A stretch of DNA of 63,976 nt, counting the filler, from a bacterium (GTDB taxonomy: Bacteria; JALSQH01), in the NCBI GenBank assembly GCA_027004335.1. It is 10 parts of 10 records of this genome, joined end to end, with 100 filler letters (N's around TTAATTAATTAA, not from the genome) between each part and the next. Parts side by side here need not be neighbours in the genome. Positions count along the whole stretch, not along the records: positions 12,651 to 24,497 come from JALTID010000081.1; positions 24,598 to 28,657 come from JALTID010000083.1; positions 28,758 to 32,815 come from JALTID010000084.1; 7 more parts are not named here. One strand, given 5' to 3'. Position 1 is the stretch's first letter, and each line of letters opens with the position of its first letter. A model generated the notes under the pieces. The model was not told the DNA's origin, ran no database searches, and saw only the letters and a program-made list of their open reading frames with translations. Shown here piece after piece: positions 20,552 to 31,461 of this stretch. A program made the translations under genes and the position numbers.

Positions 20552-21304
20552 TTATTCAGCCGATAATACCTTTTTAACAACTTTTTTCACAGCTTCTTCC
20601 TCTATTGGCTTTGGAATAAATTCTGAAGCTCCTAATAGAAGAGAAGTTTTTTGATCATCAATTTCATTCTTCACAGATGTTACTACTACCGGGATATCAT
20701 TTAGTTTGCGATTATTCCGGAGTGAATCAAGAACTTCAAAACCATCATATGGCTCAATAATAATATCAAGGATTATTAAATCAGGAGAAAAAGCTTTTAT
20801 TTCTTCTTCAAAATTCTCAGTGCTTGCAAGAACTTTCACAATCGCCTCCTCACCAGCTAAAACTTCTCGAAATTTCTCTGCCTCCACTTTAGAGTTTTCA
20901 AAGATCAGGAACTTTTTCCCTTTTAACGCCTTTCGTGAAGTAATATACCTTGTGGATCGTCTCTTTTCAGCTTCAAGAAAATCAAGAAACTTTACAAGCT
21001 TAACAGAAAATAGGGGAAGGTTAAGAACAAAAACACAATCCTCCTGTTTTCCCTCAGGCTTTGAGTTACCTATAATAATTACTGGCACCTTTCTCACCTT
21101 GCATACAAGTTTAACATCCTCAGTTACAATAGAATCTTCCTCTAAAAAAATAGCATACGGCTTATTATCACCGCATACCACCTCAGGCGAATAGTGTGAG
21201 ATATCAATGTATTCAAAAAAATATTTACTATCTATCAAGAAATTCTCAAGTAGATATTTCAAATCTTCACTCAGCCCAATCCCTCTTACAATTTTCCCGT
21301 ACAT
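20552..21304 (-). CDS. Response regulator: degenerate N-terminal receiver-like domain plus C-terminal REC domain
   Basis: PDLIILDII, DGFEV, IPVVVTS, GASEFIPKP. Confidence 0.8.
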   Translation of the reverse strand: MYGKIVRGIGLSEDLKYLLENFLIDSKYFFEYIDISHYSPEVVCGDNKPYAIFLEEDSIVTEDVKLVCKVRKVPVIIIGNSKPEGKQEDCVFVLNLPLFSVKLVKFLDFLEAEKRRSTRYITSRKALKGKKFLIFENSKVEAEKFREVLAGEEAIVKVLASTENFEEEIKAFSPDLIILDIIIEPYDGFEVLDSLRNNRKLNDIPVVVTSVKNEIDDQKTSLLLGASEFIPKPIEEEAVKKVVKKVLSAE

Positions 21305-21345
21305 TTTACTTGCCTAGAAGTAAGCCTGTCTTAAAAAAATTAGCA

Positions 21346-22467
21346 CTATTTTAACAGAATTTCAATCCCTGAAGAAGTAACTTCATTTATTGTTACTTTT
21401 TTTAGTCCGATCTTTAAGCCATCCAGAAGATCAGCCAATCTGTCAGAATCACCTAAAAAGGTAACATCCAGTACCGCCACAGGGTTATCAAAACTTCTTT
21501 TAATGACTTCTTTTACGCCCTTTACCTTTCTCAATTTTTTTATCAGCGTCTTAAGTCTTCTATAATTTACTCCCCTCACTGTTAACTCAATGCTTCTTCT
21601 ATTCAGAACTTGAGAATTCCACATCTTCACAATTTTCCAGAAGATTTTCTTCGCTGCATCCTTTGCACCATTTTCTATGGCTTTTCTCACAGCACCTTCT
21701 CTTACAGCATCTATTCCTCTACCCTCAACTGTGGCTACAGCGTAAATACTTCCACTGGCAGCATCTATCGCTCTGAGAGTTACAGTTGACTTGGCAGCAA
21801 AGAGGATACCTTGAACTGGAGCTGGATTACTCACTATTGCCTGTCCTGTTATAACAACTTCTGCACCAATTCTGTATCCTAACTTGGCAGCTTCCTTCTC
21901 CATCCCCTCTGTAAGGACTCTCATCTTACTTCTTCTGATTTTTTCCTTAATCTTTGAAGCATCAAGAACCTGAAAATACTTATCTCTGAAAAAACCTACA
22001 AGGGCATTTTCTCCCTGGGAAGATAACTGCGTTTTACCATTTCTTATTTCTTGAACAACAATAACAACTCTGGGTTTTTTCATCTCAGAGTAAATCATAC
22101 GAGCATCATTTTTAAGAGATGTAGCACTTACTTTCGCTCTGATTTTCACATAATAGCTATTTCCCTTCTTTCCCTCATCAATAATCTTGTAACTATGGAC
22201 ATAACCAGAAACTCTTGAAATTATCTTATCCCTTACAAGCTGGTAGTTAGAAACAACAGTTTCTGAAAGGACTTCTGAACCAACCTGATCAACAGCATTC
22301 CGCTTGGCATCAAGGAGGGCAGCAGCCTTTGCCGATTCAACATTGTTATTCGTTATCTCTGCCTGCCCCTCCGCTACAACCTCTTTTACCTCTTCATTAG
22401 ACCTCAAAAATGGTACCAGCGAAAGAAATAAGATAGTAACAAAAATAAGTTTTTTCATCAGTCTCAT
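21346..22467 (-). CDS. Exported FlgT-N / LPP20 / CsgG-like protein
   Basis: Signal peptide; VVAEGQA...AKAAALLDAKRNAVDQVG; GAEVVITG. Confidence 0.65.
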   Translation of the reverse strand: MRLMKKLIFVTILFLSLVPFLRSNEEVKEVVAEGQAEITNNNVESAKAAALLDAKRNAVDQVGSEVLSETVVSNYQLVRDKIISRVSGYVHSYKIIDEGKKGNSYYVKIRAKVSATSLKNDARMIYSEMKKPRVVIVVQEIRNGKTQLSSQGENALVGFFRDKYFQVLDASKIKEKIRRSKMRVLTEGMEKEAAKLGYRIGAEVVITGQAIVSNPAPVQGILFAAKSTVTLRAIDAASGSIYAVATVEGRGIDAVREGAVRKAIENGAKDAAKKIFWKIVKMWNSQVLNRRSIELTVRGVNYRRLKTLIKKLRKVKGVKEVIKRSFDNPVAVLDVTFLGDSDRLADLLDGLKIGLKKVTINEVTSSGIEILLK

Positions 22468-22480
22468 TTTAACCCCCTCT

Positions 22481-24497
22481 TTATTTCGTTCTCATAACAA
22501 ACACCCCATCCCAATCTTGTGGTGGGGGATTTTTAATAAGAGCCTCACATCTCTCAACAAAGACCTTTGCAGGTCCATCTTCTGAATTGAGTTTTAAAAC
22601 TCCAAGAAAATATTTTCTCGCTTCTTCAAATTCTTTTTTAAAGTAGAGCTGAAGCCCATGTTCAAAGAGTTTTATTTCCTTCGTTTTTTCCTCAGAAACA
22701 TCCCCATCTTTCCCTACAAGTTCGTAAATCCTCACAGGCACCTTTTTCCCCTTTACGGCAGCCTTATCCAGCATTCTTGTCACAAATTTATCCTTTATTC
22801 TTTCATAAGTGTATTCACTAACAACAATCCTTGTCTTATACTGTTTGTTTATACCTTCAAGCCTTGAAGCTAAATTTACATTATCACCCATCACAGTATA
22901 ATCAAACCTAACATTAGAACCCATATTCCCAATAGTAACAACACCTGTATTGATTCCAATTCCAATATTGATCTGCTTTTTTTCCTCCTGAGCCCATTTC
23001 TCATTAAGATTCTTGAGTTTCTCCAACATCTCAAGAGCAGTAAGAGCAGCTTTTACTGGATGTTCAGGATCATCCACAGGAGCTCCCCAGAAAGCCATTA
23101 TTGCATCTCCAATATACTTATCCACCACACCCTCATATTTGAAAATAATATTTGTCATTTCAGAAAGATACCCATTTAGAAAATTAACCAATTCCTCAGG
23201 ATCCATACCCTCTGAAAGAGTTGTGAAGCTCCTGATATCTGAAAACATTATGGTGAGATCTCTCTTTTCACCACCAAGCTTAATCAAATCAGGATTGGAC
23301 AATAGTTGCTTCACAATCTGGGGAGAAACATACCTGCCAAAGGTATTCTGAACAAATTTTTTCTCCAGAGATTCAACATATCTATGGTAAACTACACCAG
23401 CGAAGAAAACAACAGACCATGAGGAAACCGGGGTAACAGTTTCAAGCCAGAATTTTTTTTCTGCAAAGAGATAATATGAAAGATACAGATAAATCCCTGC
23501 TCCTGCAAGAAAAATAAAAGAAGAAATAATAGCTCCCATGGGCACAAAAAGAAATATGAGACCTGCAAGAAGTGTAATGCCAGCAAGCAAATAATAATTG
23601 AGAGGAGACTTATTTCCTTCTGAGGTTATCCATCTTTTTATAAAACTCCCTTCAGCTATTGTTTGAATTATATTAGCATGAACCTCAACTCCGCTCATAA
23701 GCTGAGTACCCTCCAGAACTAACCTGTTTCCACCTTTAAGTGTTTCCTCTTTAATTTTTCCAGAAAAGGGAACTTTGTAATAATCATGATCAGCAGGAAT
23801 AGTGGAACCAATTAAGACAATCTTATCTTTAAAAAGTGAAGGAGAAACTTTTCCTCTGAGGACTTTCCAAAAAGGTACAAATTGAAAAGTCCCCGGCGGA
23901 CCTACAAAGTTAACATAGATATGATCCGGCAGGAGGAGTTTCCCGATTCTAAAGTAACCAGGTGGGATATTATTCTCAGTAGTTGATAACTCCACCGGTG
24001 GAGGAGTAACATCCGCGGGATAGAGATAATCAATATAACTTTCAAGTGCAAATGAAAAATATGGAATAGCTTTATCACCTTCCATCTCCAGTTCAAGAAG
24101 CGGAACCTTTCTCAGTGTTCCATCTTTATCAAGAGTAAAATTTATAAAACCCTCCCCCAACTCAAGTTCCCTAAAAGGTTCAAAGGGTGGAACAGGTTTA
24201 CCATTTTGTATAAATCTCGCAAGAACCACTATGCCACTCTCATCAAGAGCTTTTGCAAAATTCTCATCCTGGACCTCGTCGTTAAGCACTGGGTGAGAAA
24301 ACTCAAAATCAAGAGAAATTACCTTTGCTCCCCATCTTGTAAGATTTTCTATAACTTTTGCATAGTAGGAACGGGTAAAATCCACCCCCCTTTTTTTCAA
24401 TGCTTCCTTGCTCTCTTCATCCTTTGCCACAATTATAATATCCCGTAAATGATTACGCGGACCTCTCAAGACAAACCTGAGATCATAGCTTTTAGCC
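22481..24497 (-). CDS. CHASE2-domain class III adenylate/guanylate cyclase (5' end cut)
   Basis: CHASE2 (DGTLRK, KIVLIG, GVEVHAN), 3 TM helices, FSDIRSFT, DKYIGDAIMAFW, DYTVMGDNVNLASRLE, VKGK. Confidence 0.93.
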
Positions 24498-24597
24498 NNN
24501 NNNNNNNNNNNNNNNNNNNNNNNNNNNNNNNNNNNNNNNNNTTAATTAATTAANNNNNNNNNNNNNNNNNNNNNNNNNNNNNNNNNNNNNNNNNNNN
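24498..24597. other. Artificial contig linker
   Basis: N-TTAATTAATTAA-N. Confidence 0.98.
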
Positions 24598-24844
24598 GGG
24601 AGGGTGGAACAAAAATGAGAAGATCAGATTTACCTATTACCTCTTCCATTGAAGAAGAAAAAATTATATCATCAGGTAAGGAAAAACCAGGAAGATAAAA
24701 TATGTTTTCTCTTCTTTCATTTATCACTTTTATCTTCCCAGGATCATGCCCCCATACCCTTACTTTGAAATCTTTGTCCTGAAAAAGTAATGAGAGAGAG
24801 GTCCCGAAACTACCTTCTCCAATTATTCCTGCATTTAATTTCAT
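24598..24844 (-). CDS. gpsA: NAD(P)H-dependent glycerol-3-phosphate dehydrogenase, N-terminal fragment
   Basis: IIGEGSFGTSL, EN-x-x-YLPG, FVPPS. Confidence 0.85.
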
Positions 24845-26178
24845 GGGGTAGCCATATAAAAACTCATCCGGTTATTCCATATTTCTCTTGCGAAGATCTC
24901 AACAAATTTTTTGTCATCAGCTTTGTTGTAAAGGTAAAAAATATGAGGAATATCATCCTCATCTGTTTCCATGGCCCAGAGGAGAAGCCTTTTCAATCCT
25001 TCCTTTATTACTCCTCTGTGGTCAAAGAGTTCATCGGTTAATTTATCAAGAGATTTTATGTCAGGGTCTTCTAAGAGTCTCTTGACAAGTACAGAGTTGT
25101 ATATCCATTTTTGAACAGAAGGATTTTTAACGCTCTTTTTGATATTGCCATTTTTGAGATGAAATTTTCCCGGGATCTCTATTTTTAGTTCTTCCGGCAG
25201 GAGAGCATCTTCTCCCATGAATCTCCTGTAAAAAGCAAATTCCGCGGGAATCTCAAGAGAAAGAAGTCTCATATTAAAAAGCGTTCCCTTTAGTATTCTT
25301 ACAACAAATTCTGGTGAAACTTTTACCATTTCTGTTTTTCCATACTCTTCAAAATCTCTGAAGAGCTGATATGGAATATTCTCCTGGACTGCGAAGGATG
25401 TAATCCCCAGTGCAGGATGAAGTGTGAAGTTAAAAGTATCCACAATTCCACTGTTTTCTCTTCTTGCTACCATAAATGTCTGGCTACCGCTCAGAGTCGG
25501 AATCGTTGCAAAGGCGGAGAATCTGGAAAGATCCCCATTATATGAAATATATCGGGGAATAGAGCAATCAGAATAAGAGGATATAATTTTTGATATTTCT
25601 TCATGAAATTTTGTATAAAAGCCAGAGCCTAAGTATTCTCTAAAAATGACAAGCAGGTAGGGAGAGCATGGAGATTTTCTGGCTACGCTCAAGATATTTT
25701 CAATTATCTCAGGAAATTCCAGGAACACTAATTCTTCTACCATTTTTGAAAACAGAAGATTTTCACAATTTGAAAGGAGAAGTTTCAGGATGAGGAGCCT
25801 CTCCGGCTCATCAAGGGTTTTGAACCACTTTCCGAAGCTGATTATTTTCCTCACATTTATTCTTATTACATTCAGGTAGATTGTCAGGGAGTTAATTGTA
25901 TTATGATTTACACCCTCATCTCTCAGAGCTTTTATTTCTTCAGGAATAGGATTTTTGATGGTATCTCTGAGAAATTTGAACATGCCCATGTAGAATCTTA
26001 ATTTCTGTTTTTCTCCTCTGCTCCCCTGTATAAGTTCTTTAAGAGTGGAGAGAGCTTTTTCTCTGTATGTAAGAAGGTTGAGCAAGAGGGCAGGATGAAT
26101 CCACCCTATACCTAAATTCAGGTAGTGATTATCTATCTCTTTAAGAACCGTGTGAGACTTACCATCAACGCCATCCAT
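24841..26178 (-). CDS. Hypothetical protein
   Basis: 445 aa ORF with GGAGGG RBS; ATGA overlap with gpsA; no family recognised. Confidence 0.7.
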   Translation of the reverse strand: MDGVDGKSHTVLKEIDNHYLNLGIGWIHPALLLNLLTYREKALSTLKELIQGSRGEKQKLRFYMGMFKFLRDTIKNPIPEEIKALRDEGVNHNTINSLTIYLNVIRINVRKIISFGKWFKTLDEPERLLILKLLLSNCENLLFSKMVEELVFLEFPEIIENILSVARKSPCSPYLLVIFREYLGSGFYTKFHEEISKIISSYSDCSIPRYISYNGDLSRFSAFATIPTLSGSQTFMVARRENSGIVDTFNFTLHPALGITSFAVQENIPYQLFRDFEEYGKTEMVKVSPEFVVRILKGTLFNMRLLSLEIPAEFAFYRRFMGEDALLPEELKIEIPGKFHLKNGNIKKSVKNPSVQKWIYNSVLVKRLLEDPDIKSLDKLTDELFDHRGVIKEGLKRLLLWAMETDEDDIPHIFYLYNKADDKKFVEIFAREIWNNRMSFYMATP

Positions 26179-26305
26179 ATTGCCCTCCTACTTTTTATGA
26201 TACCACCTGCACCTTATAACATCAAGAAAAGTAAAAAAGCATCGCTTTTTTGTTTTACATTTTATTTACTGTATAATTGATTTAATTCTGTGCTGGAGAA
26301 AATGT

Positions 26306-28174
26306 ATGAAGGATGAAAAAAGCAGGCTTTTTTCTCTCTCTGTGGCTGCACTGGGCGTGGTATTTGGTGATATTGGTACAAGTCCTCTATACGCCATAAA
26401 AGAATGTTTTTCTGGTAATTACGGTATTACTGTAACTCCGCAGAACATTTTTGGAGTGCTTTCACTCATTTTCTGGACCCTACTTCTCATTGTTACTCTC
26501 AAGTACCTCTACTTTGTTATGAAAGCTGATTATGAAGGTGAGGGTGGAGTTATGGCCCTCACAGGACTGGTGAAAGTTCTTGACAAAGATGGAAAATTTT
26601 TGCTTCTTATCCCCCTTGGGTTGTTTGCTGCCAGCATGCTCTACGGTGATGGAATGATAACACCTGCTATATCTGTTTTAAGTGCTGTAGGTGGCTTAAC
26701 CACAGTTGCACCCTCCCTTGAAAGCTGGGTAATACCCATCACAATTCTTATTTTAGCAGGACTCTTTTTTATACAATCTAGGGGGACAGCTAAAGTTGGT
26801 TCACTTTTTGGCCCAGTTATCTTTGTATGGTTTTTAACTTTAGGTATTCTCGGAATTTTTCATATTGTGAAAGATCCTGCTATTTTTAAAGCACTGAATC
26901 CTGTTTATGGGGTAGATTTTCTCCTGCATAATGGTTTTCACGGGATCCTGGTTTTAGGTGCTGTTTTTCTCGTTGCTACTGGTGCTGAAGCTCTATACGC
27001 AGATATGGGGCATTTTGGAAGCAAACCAATAAGACTTACATGGCTTGCAGTTGTTTTTCCAGCACTTTTATTAAATTACTTTGGTCAGGGAGCGTATCTC
27101 CTTGCACATCCAGCTGCTGCAGAAAACATCTTTTATTCCCTTGCTCCAGGTAAAATTGTTGCGTGGTATCTTCTGATTATTGCTACCATGGCAACCATCA
27201 TTGCTTCCCAGGCGGTTATTACCGGATCTTTTTCCCTTACAAAACAGATAATTCAGCTTGGCTACTTCCCAAAATTCTCCATTATCCATACCTCAGCCAT
27301 GGAAAAAGGACAGGTTTATGTACCTTTAATTAACTGGTTTCTAATGCTGTGCACTATTGGACTTGTTCTTGGTTTCAGGACTACTTCCAATTTAGCTGCT
27401 GCATATGGTGTGGCGGTAAATTTCACAATGATGGTTACATCTACTCTTTTTTATGTAATTTTAAGGAAAAAATTTAACTGGGGATTTTTAAAGTCGCTTT
27501 CTCTTATAGCACTCTTTTTAATAATTGAACTACTCTTCTTTACCGCCAATATTTCCAAAATAATGCATGGGGCATGGTTCCCTCTTCTCATTGGAGCACT
27601 CTTTTATATCATTATGGCAACATGGAGGAGAGGTAGAGAAATCCTTGCAGATGAATTTAAGAAGATCTCAGTTTCCTTTGATGAATTTAAAAAAATGCTT
27701 GAGAAGGGGGAGCATGTTAAGGTAAATGGCGAGGCGGTGTTTTTAACAGGTAGGCCTGATGTTGTTCCAGTTTCCCTTGTGCAGAACCTGAAACATAACA
27801 GGATCATACATTCTGAGGTTGCCATTTTTCATATCAAGTTTGAGTCTATACCCCGCGTTCCAAACCTTAAAAAGATTGAGGTTGAGAAACTTGGAGGAGG
27901 CCTCTTTAAAGTTATTGCTCATGTGGGGTTTATGGAGGATCCTGATATTAAAAAATTGCTTACCCTGGCGGTGGATCAGGGGCTTGATTTCAATGTAGAG
28001 ACAGTGAACTATTTTCTGGGTAGAGAGAGGCTTGTCTTGAAGAAAGATAAAAGAATGTCTCTCTGGAGAAAGAGATTATTCAAGTTGATGTCAACGATTT
28101 CCACAGATTTTGTTCAATTCTCCGGGATACCATCTTCTCAGACAATTGAGATCGGGGTAGAATTGGAGTTGTAA
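26306..28174 (+). CDS. kup: Potassium uptake protein Kup
   Basis: GVVFGDIGTSPLY, GEGG, YGDGMITPAISVLSA, TGAEALYADMGHF. Confidence 0.97.
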   Translation: MKDEKSRLFSLSVAALGVVFGDIGTSPLYAIKECFSGNYGITVTPQNIFGVLSLIFWTLLLIVTLKYLYFVMKADYEGEGGVMALTGLVKVLDKDGKFLLLIPLGLFAASMLYGDGMITPAISVLSAVGGLTTVAPSLESWVIPITILILAGLFFIQSRGTAKVGSLFGPVIFVWFLTLGILGIFHIVKDPAIFKALNPVYGVDFLLHNGFHGILVLGAVFLVATGAEALYADMGHFGSKPIRLTWLAVVFPALLLNYFGQGAYLLAHPAAAENIFYSLAPGKIVAWYLLIIATMATIIASQAVITGSFSLTKQIIQLGYFPKFSIIHTSAMEKGQVYVPLINWFLMLCTIGLVLGFRTTSNLAAAYGVAVNFTMMVTSTLFYVILRKKFNWGFLKSLSLIALFLIIELLFFTANISKIMHGAWFPLLIGALFYIIMATWRRGREILADEFKKISVSFDEFKKMLEKGEHVKVNGEAVFLTGRPDVVPVSLVQNLKHNRIIHSEVAIFHIKFESIPRVPNLKKIEVEKLGGGLFKVIAHVGFMEDPDIKKLLTLAVDQGLDFNVETVNYFLGRERLVLKKDKRMSLWRKRLFKLMSTISTDFVQFSGIPSSQTIEIGVELEL

Positions 28175-28657
28175 TTATCTATTTTTTGAAAATTTTATTT
28201 TAAACTCACCTCTCTTCTCTGCCTCTATCCTGACCTGATATTTATTGAGCCATTCCCATTTTACCCCCTCAGGCACCTCTGCTGTAACACTTTGCTGGAA
28301 GGATAGATATGGGAGAGTGATCAGGGCATCATCACCTTTTTGAGCCTCCCAGTTTATCCCAATGGAAACCTTTTTATAATCGTAACTGAATGAAATATTT
28401 CCCTTCCACATCTCAGGATATGCCCTTGCCACAGAGTGGATAAACTCCGGGGGAAAGCTTTTTTCATATTTAAGTAGAAAATCAGAATCCCAGAAGGCTG
28501 AACCAGCTTTTAAACAGTCCAGAACACTGAGCAGATCATCAAGGTACCAGGCATGACTTACAAGATCAGGTCCCCATGCTCCAAACTCACCCAAAACAAA
28601 AGCTGCATTTTGATATTTTGCATCCCCAAGTTTTGCCTCCATTACTCCAAGATACTC
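28175..28657 (-). CDS. C-terminal fragment of a GH5 (endoglycoceramidase-like) glycoside hydrolase
   Basis: VLGEFG nucleophile-like motif, W-D motif, RAYP followed by a beta-rich tail. Confidence 0.55.
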   Translation of the reverse strand, partial: EYLGVMEAKLGDAKYQNAAFVLGEFGAWGPDLVSHAWYLDDLLSVLDCLKAGSAFWDSDFLLKYEKSFPPEFIHSVARAYPEMWKGNISFSYDYKKVSIGINWEAQKGDDALITLPYLSFQQSVTAEVPEGVKWEWLNKYQVRIEAEKRGEFKIKFSKNR

Positions 28658-28757
28658 NNNNNNNNNNNNNNNNNNNNNNNNNNNNNNNNNNNNNNNNNNN
28701 NTTAATTAATTAANNNNNNNNNNNNNNNNNNNNNNNNNNNNNNNNNNNNNNNNNNNN
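28658..28757. other. Artificial contig linker
   Basis: N-TTAATTAATTAA-N. Confidence 0.98.
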
Positions 28758-29566
28758 TAACTCAATACATAAGACAGCATAAGGTTGAAACAGTGGGGAT
28801 GGAAGACACCGTTGAGAGAGATTCCTTCGTATTTTTTCACAATATGTTCAAGATGTTAAACCCAAAGGTTAAATTGGTGGATGTCCTTGCAGATGTTATG
28901 AAACTGAGGGAAGTCAAAGATGAATGGGAAATCTCCAATATGAGAGAAGCGGGTAAGATAGCAAAAGAGGCAATGGACTTAGCTGAAAAAGTTGTTAAAG
29001 TAGGTGTCTCTGAAACAGAAATTGCTGCAGAACTATACCACTATCTATACAAAGAGGGATGTGACGAACCCCATGTCTATGTGGCAGCATACCCCCGTCT
29101 CCATGCAGAACCCCTCAGCAGTTTCAGGGTGGAAGAGAATAGATTCGTCTCAATAATTTTAGGTGTGGATTACAATCACTACTATGTTAACAACAGCAGA
29201 AGCTTTTTTATGGGAAAACCTGAAGGTAGAGCAAAAACCGCCATTGAGGCGATGGATAAAGCCTATAAATTAGCTCTGGAGAAAACAAAGCCTGGAGCAA
29301 GTATGCTCCAGATCGAAAAGGAGATAGAAAATATTTATAAAGAGGCAGGCCTTGGCGAATACTATATCATGGGATACACCCACGGAACAGGACTCCTTAT
29401 TGAAGAACTTCCCATGACAACAATAATTGCCGCAACAAGAAGAACGCCCATCCCTGAAAATATGGTTATGTCATTTATACATTCCCCCCTGATGCTACCA
29501 GAGGGTGCAGTTAAATGGGAAGATACAATTGTTATAACCTCAGGAGAATCCGAGATCCTCACCTGA
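28758..29566 (+). CDS. M24 (Xaa-Pro peptidase / creatinase) family protein (5' end cut)
   Basis: LREVKDEWEI, GVSETEIAA, HGTGL, EDT. Confidence 0.8.
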
Positions 29567-29582
29567 AAAAAAGGACAGAGGG

Positions 29583-30518
29583 TTAAACCTCCTGCCCTGC
29601 TCCTAACCTCTCAAGATATTCCTCTGCTGCTATAGCGGCAGTTGCTGCATCTCCCACTGCAGTGGCAACCTGATAGAGTAATTTGCCTCTGCAATCACCT
29701 GCTGCATATATCCCCGGTACATTTGTCTCCATATTCTCATTGGTGATTATATAACCCTGCTCATCCTTCTCCACAATATCCCCAAGAAACGCTGTATTTG
29801 GAGTAACACCAACATATATAAATACTCCCTCTGCATCAATAACTTTCTCCTCTTCTGTTTTAACATTTTTAACTTTAATCCCTGTGACTCCTAACTTATC
29901 ACCAACTATCTCCTCCACGATTGTATCCCATACAAATTCAATTTTTTCATTCTTAAAAGCCATCTCCTGATTTGCCTTTTCTGCCCTTAACTTATCTCTC
30001 CTGTGAACAATATAGACTTTCGATCCAAACTGTGTGAGATAAACAGCTTCTTTTACAGCTGAATCCCCTCCTCCAACAACCACTATGGGAACACCTTTGA
30101 AAAAAGCGCCATCACAGGTGGCACAGTAAGAAACACCTTTGCCTCTGAATTCCTCCTCACCAGGAACTCCCAATTTATTTGCATCAGCACCAGTAGCAAT
30201 GACAAGAGCCTTTGCCACATACTCCCTATCAATAATTTTCACTATCTTATCGCTTCCCTCTACCCTCACACTGTCAACCATTCCATCCTTAATTTTTAAC
30301 CCAAACCTCGCTGCCTGATGTTTGAATTTCTCCATTAATTCAGCACCTGAGATCCCATCGGTAAACCCGGGGTAATTTTCAATAATATCCGTTGTTCCAG
30401 CCTGACCCCCGGGGATCCCCTCTATCAATAAAACATTTCTTGCAGCACGGGCAAGATAGATCCCTGCTGTGTAACCTGCTGGACCGCCTCCGATAATAAT
30501 TGCATCGTAATTCTCCAT
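29583..30518 (-). CDS. trxB: Thioredoxin reductase
   Basis: GGGPAG, ENYPG, SYCATCDG, GGGDSA, HRRD, AAGD. Confidence 0.96.
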   Translation of the reverse strand: MENYDAIIIGGGPAGYTAGIYLARAARNVLLIEGIPGGQAGTTDIIENYPGFTDGISGAELMEKFKHQAARFGLKIKDGMVDSVRVEGSDKIVKIIDREYVAKALVIATGADANKLGVPGEEEFRGKGVSYCATCDGAFFKGVPIVVVGGGDSAVKEAVYLTQFGSKVYIVHRRDKLRAEKANQEMAFKNEKIEFVWDTIVEEIVGDKLGVTGIKVKNVKTEEEKVIDAEGVFIYVGVTPNTAFLGDIVEKDEQGYIITNENMETNVPGIYAAGDCRGKLLYQVATAVGDAATAAIAAEEYLERLGAGQEV

Positions 30519-30616
30519 TCTAACAACCTCCTGCTATCCTTCTGAAGAGAAAAAATCTTTTGTAATAATATAGTATTTTAGTAAGATTTTTCAAGGGGTA
30601 TTTTATTAAAAAATTT

Positions 30617-31360
30617 TCACACCACCAGATACTTAACGATAATCATAAGGAGGCTCAAAAATATGTATGTTCCACCCACTATAGTTTTTAGGGTCTCTTC
30701 TTTCACTTTATTGGCAATATTCGCAGCAAGAGAACCCACAACAGCTGCTGTTATCCCTATAATTGCTCCTGCAACATAATTGGCGTATCCCCTCACCGCG
30801 TAACCAAAAGCACCTGAAAGGGAAGTGATAACCATCACCAAGGCAGCGGTACCAAGACCTTTTCTTATATCATATTTTAAAATAAAGACAAGCACCAGAA
30901 AGATCATAATCCCTCCACCAGCACCTAAAAGGCCTGTAATATTTCCTATCAAAAATCCCAATAAGATTGCTGAAATGATTTCCTTTATGCCTGGTTTCTC
31001 TCCCTCAGAGGCAATTTTAATCCTCTTCTCCACATTGATCCCGCTTTTCAAAATAAAAATNNNNNNNNNNACATCAGGGATCAGCGATGAAAAATATGAT
31101 CCAGTTTGTGCACCTAAAACTGTACCAAGCGCAATCCATAGGCCCGAACCGAAATCAACATTTCCATATCGGTTATAAGTGAATGCCACAAAAGAAGGAG
31201 CTATTACATCAACCATAAGACTGGTTCCAATTGCATGATGAACAGAAAAATTAAGGAGCATATTTGTAAGGGGTACCACAATTACAACGCCAGAGGCACT
31301 TGTTAGACCAGTCAGAAGACCTGTGAGTACCCCAATAATGAGCATAATAACAATTGCCAT
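30617..31360 (-). CDS. TauE/SafE family membrane protein (contains a 10-N scaffold gap at 31061-31070)
   Basis: GLLGAGGG, AIGTSL, multiple TM helices. Confidence 0.8.
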   Translation of the reverse strand: MAIVIMLIIGVLTGLLTGLTSASGVVIVVPLTNMLLNFSVHHAIGTSLMVDVIAPSFVAFTYNRYGNVDFGSGLWIALGTVLGAQTGSYFSSLIPDXXXXIFILKSGINVEKRIKIASEGEKPGIKEIISAILLGFLIGNITGLLGAGGGIMIFLVLVFILKYDIRKGLGTAALVMVITSLSGAFGYAVRGYANYVAGAIIGITAAVVGSLAANIANKVKEETLKTIVGGTYIFLSLLMIIVKYLVV

Positions 31361-31427
31361 AACTTTACGCCTGTTAATTTTTTAAAAAAGTATTATACCA
31401 TAAAGAGAACAGGAAGAAGAGTCCCCA

Positions 31428-31454
31428 TTGACATTCCCTCAAAAATAATATACT
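31428..31454 (+). promoter_or_regulatory. Putative sigma70 promoter; transcript possibly leaderless
   Basis: TTGACA (31428) and TATACT (31449); ATG 7 nt after the -10 with no SD; the 15-nt spacer is short. Confidence 0.35.
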
Positions 31455-31461
31455 CTTTAGT

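Noticed and set aside
26233..26251. AAAAAAGC-atc-GCTTTTTT inverted repeat upstream of kup, possible riboswitch or terminator
   Set aside because: Only two GC pairs, and the intergenic region is too short and AT-rich to hold a recognisable c-di-AMP riboswitch.
31061..31070. Apparently shortened TauE gene
   Set aside because: A 10-N scaffold gap hides sequence of unknown length, so there is no evidence of a pseudogene.
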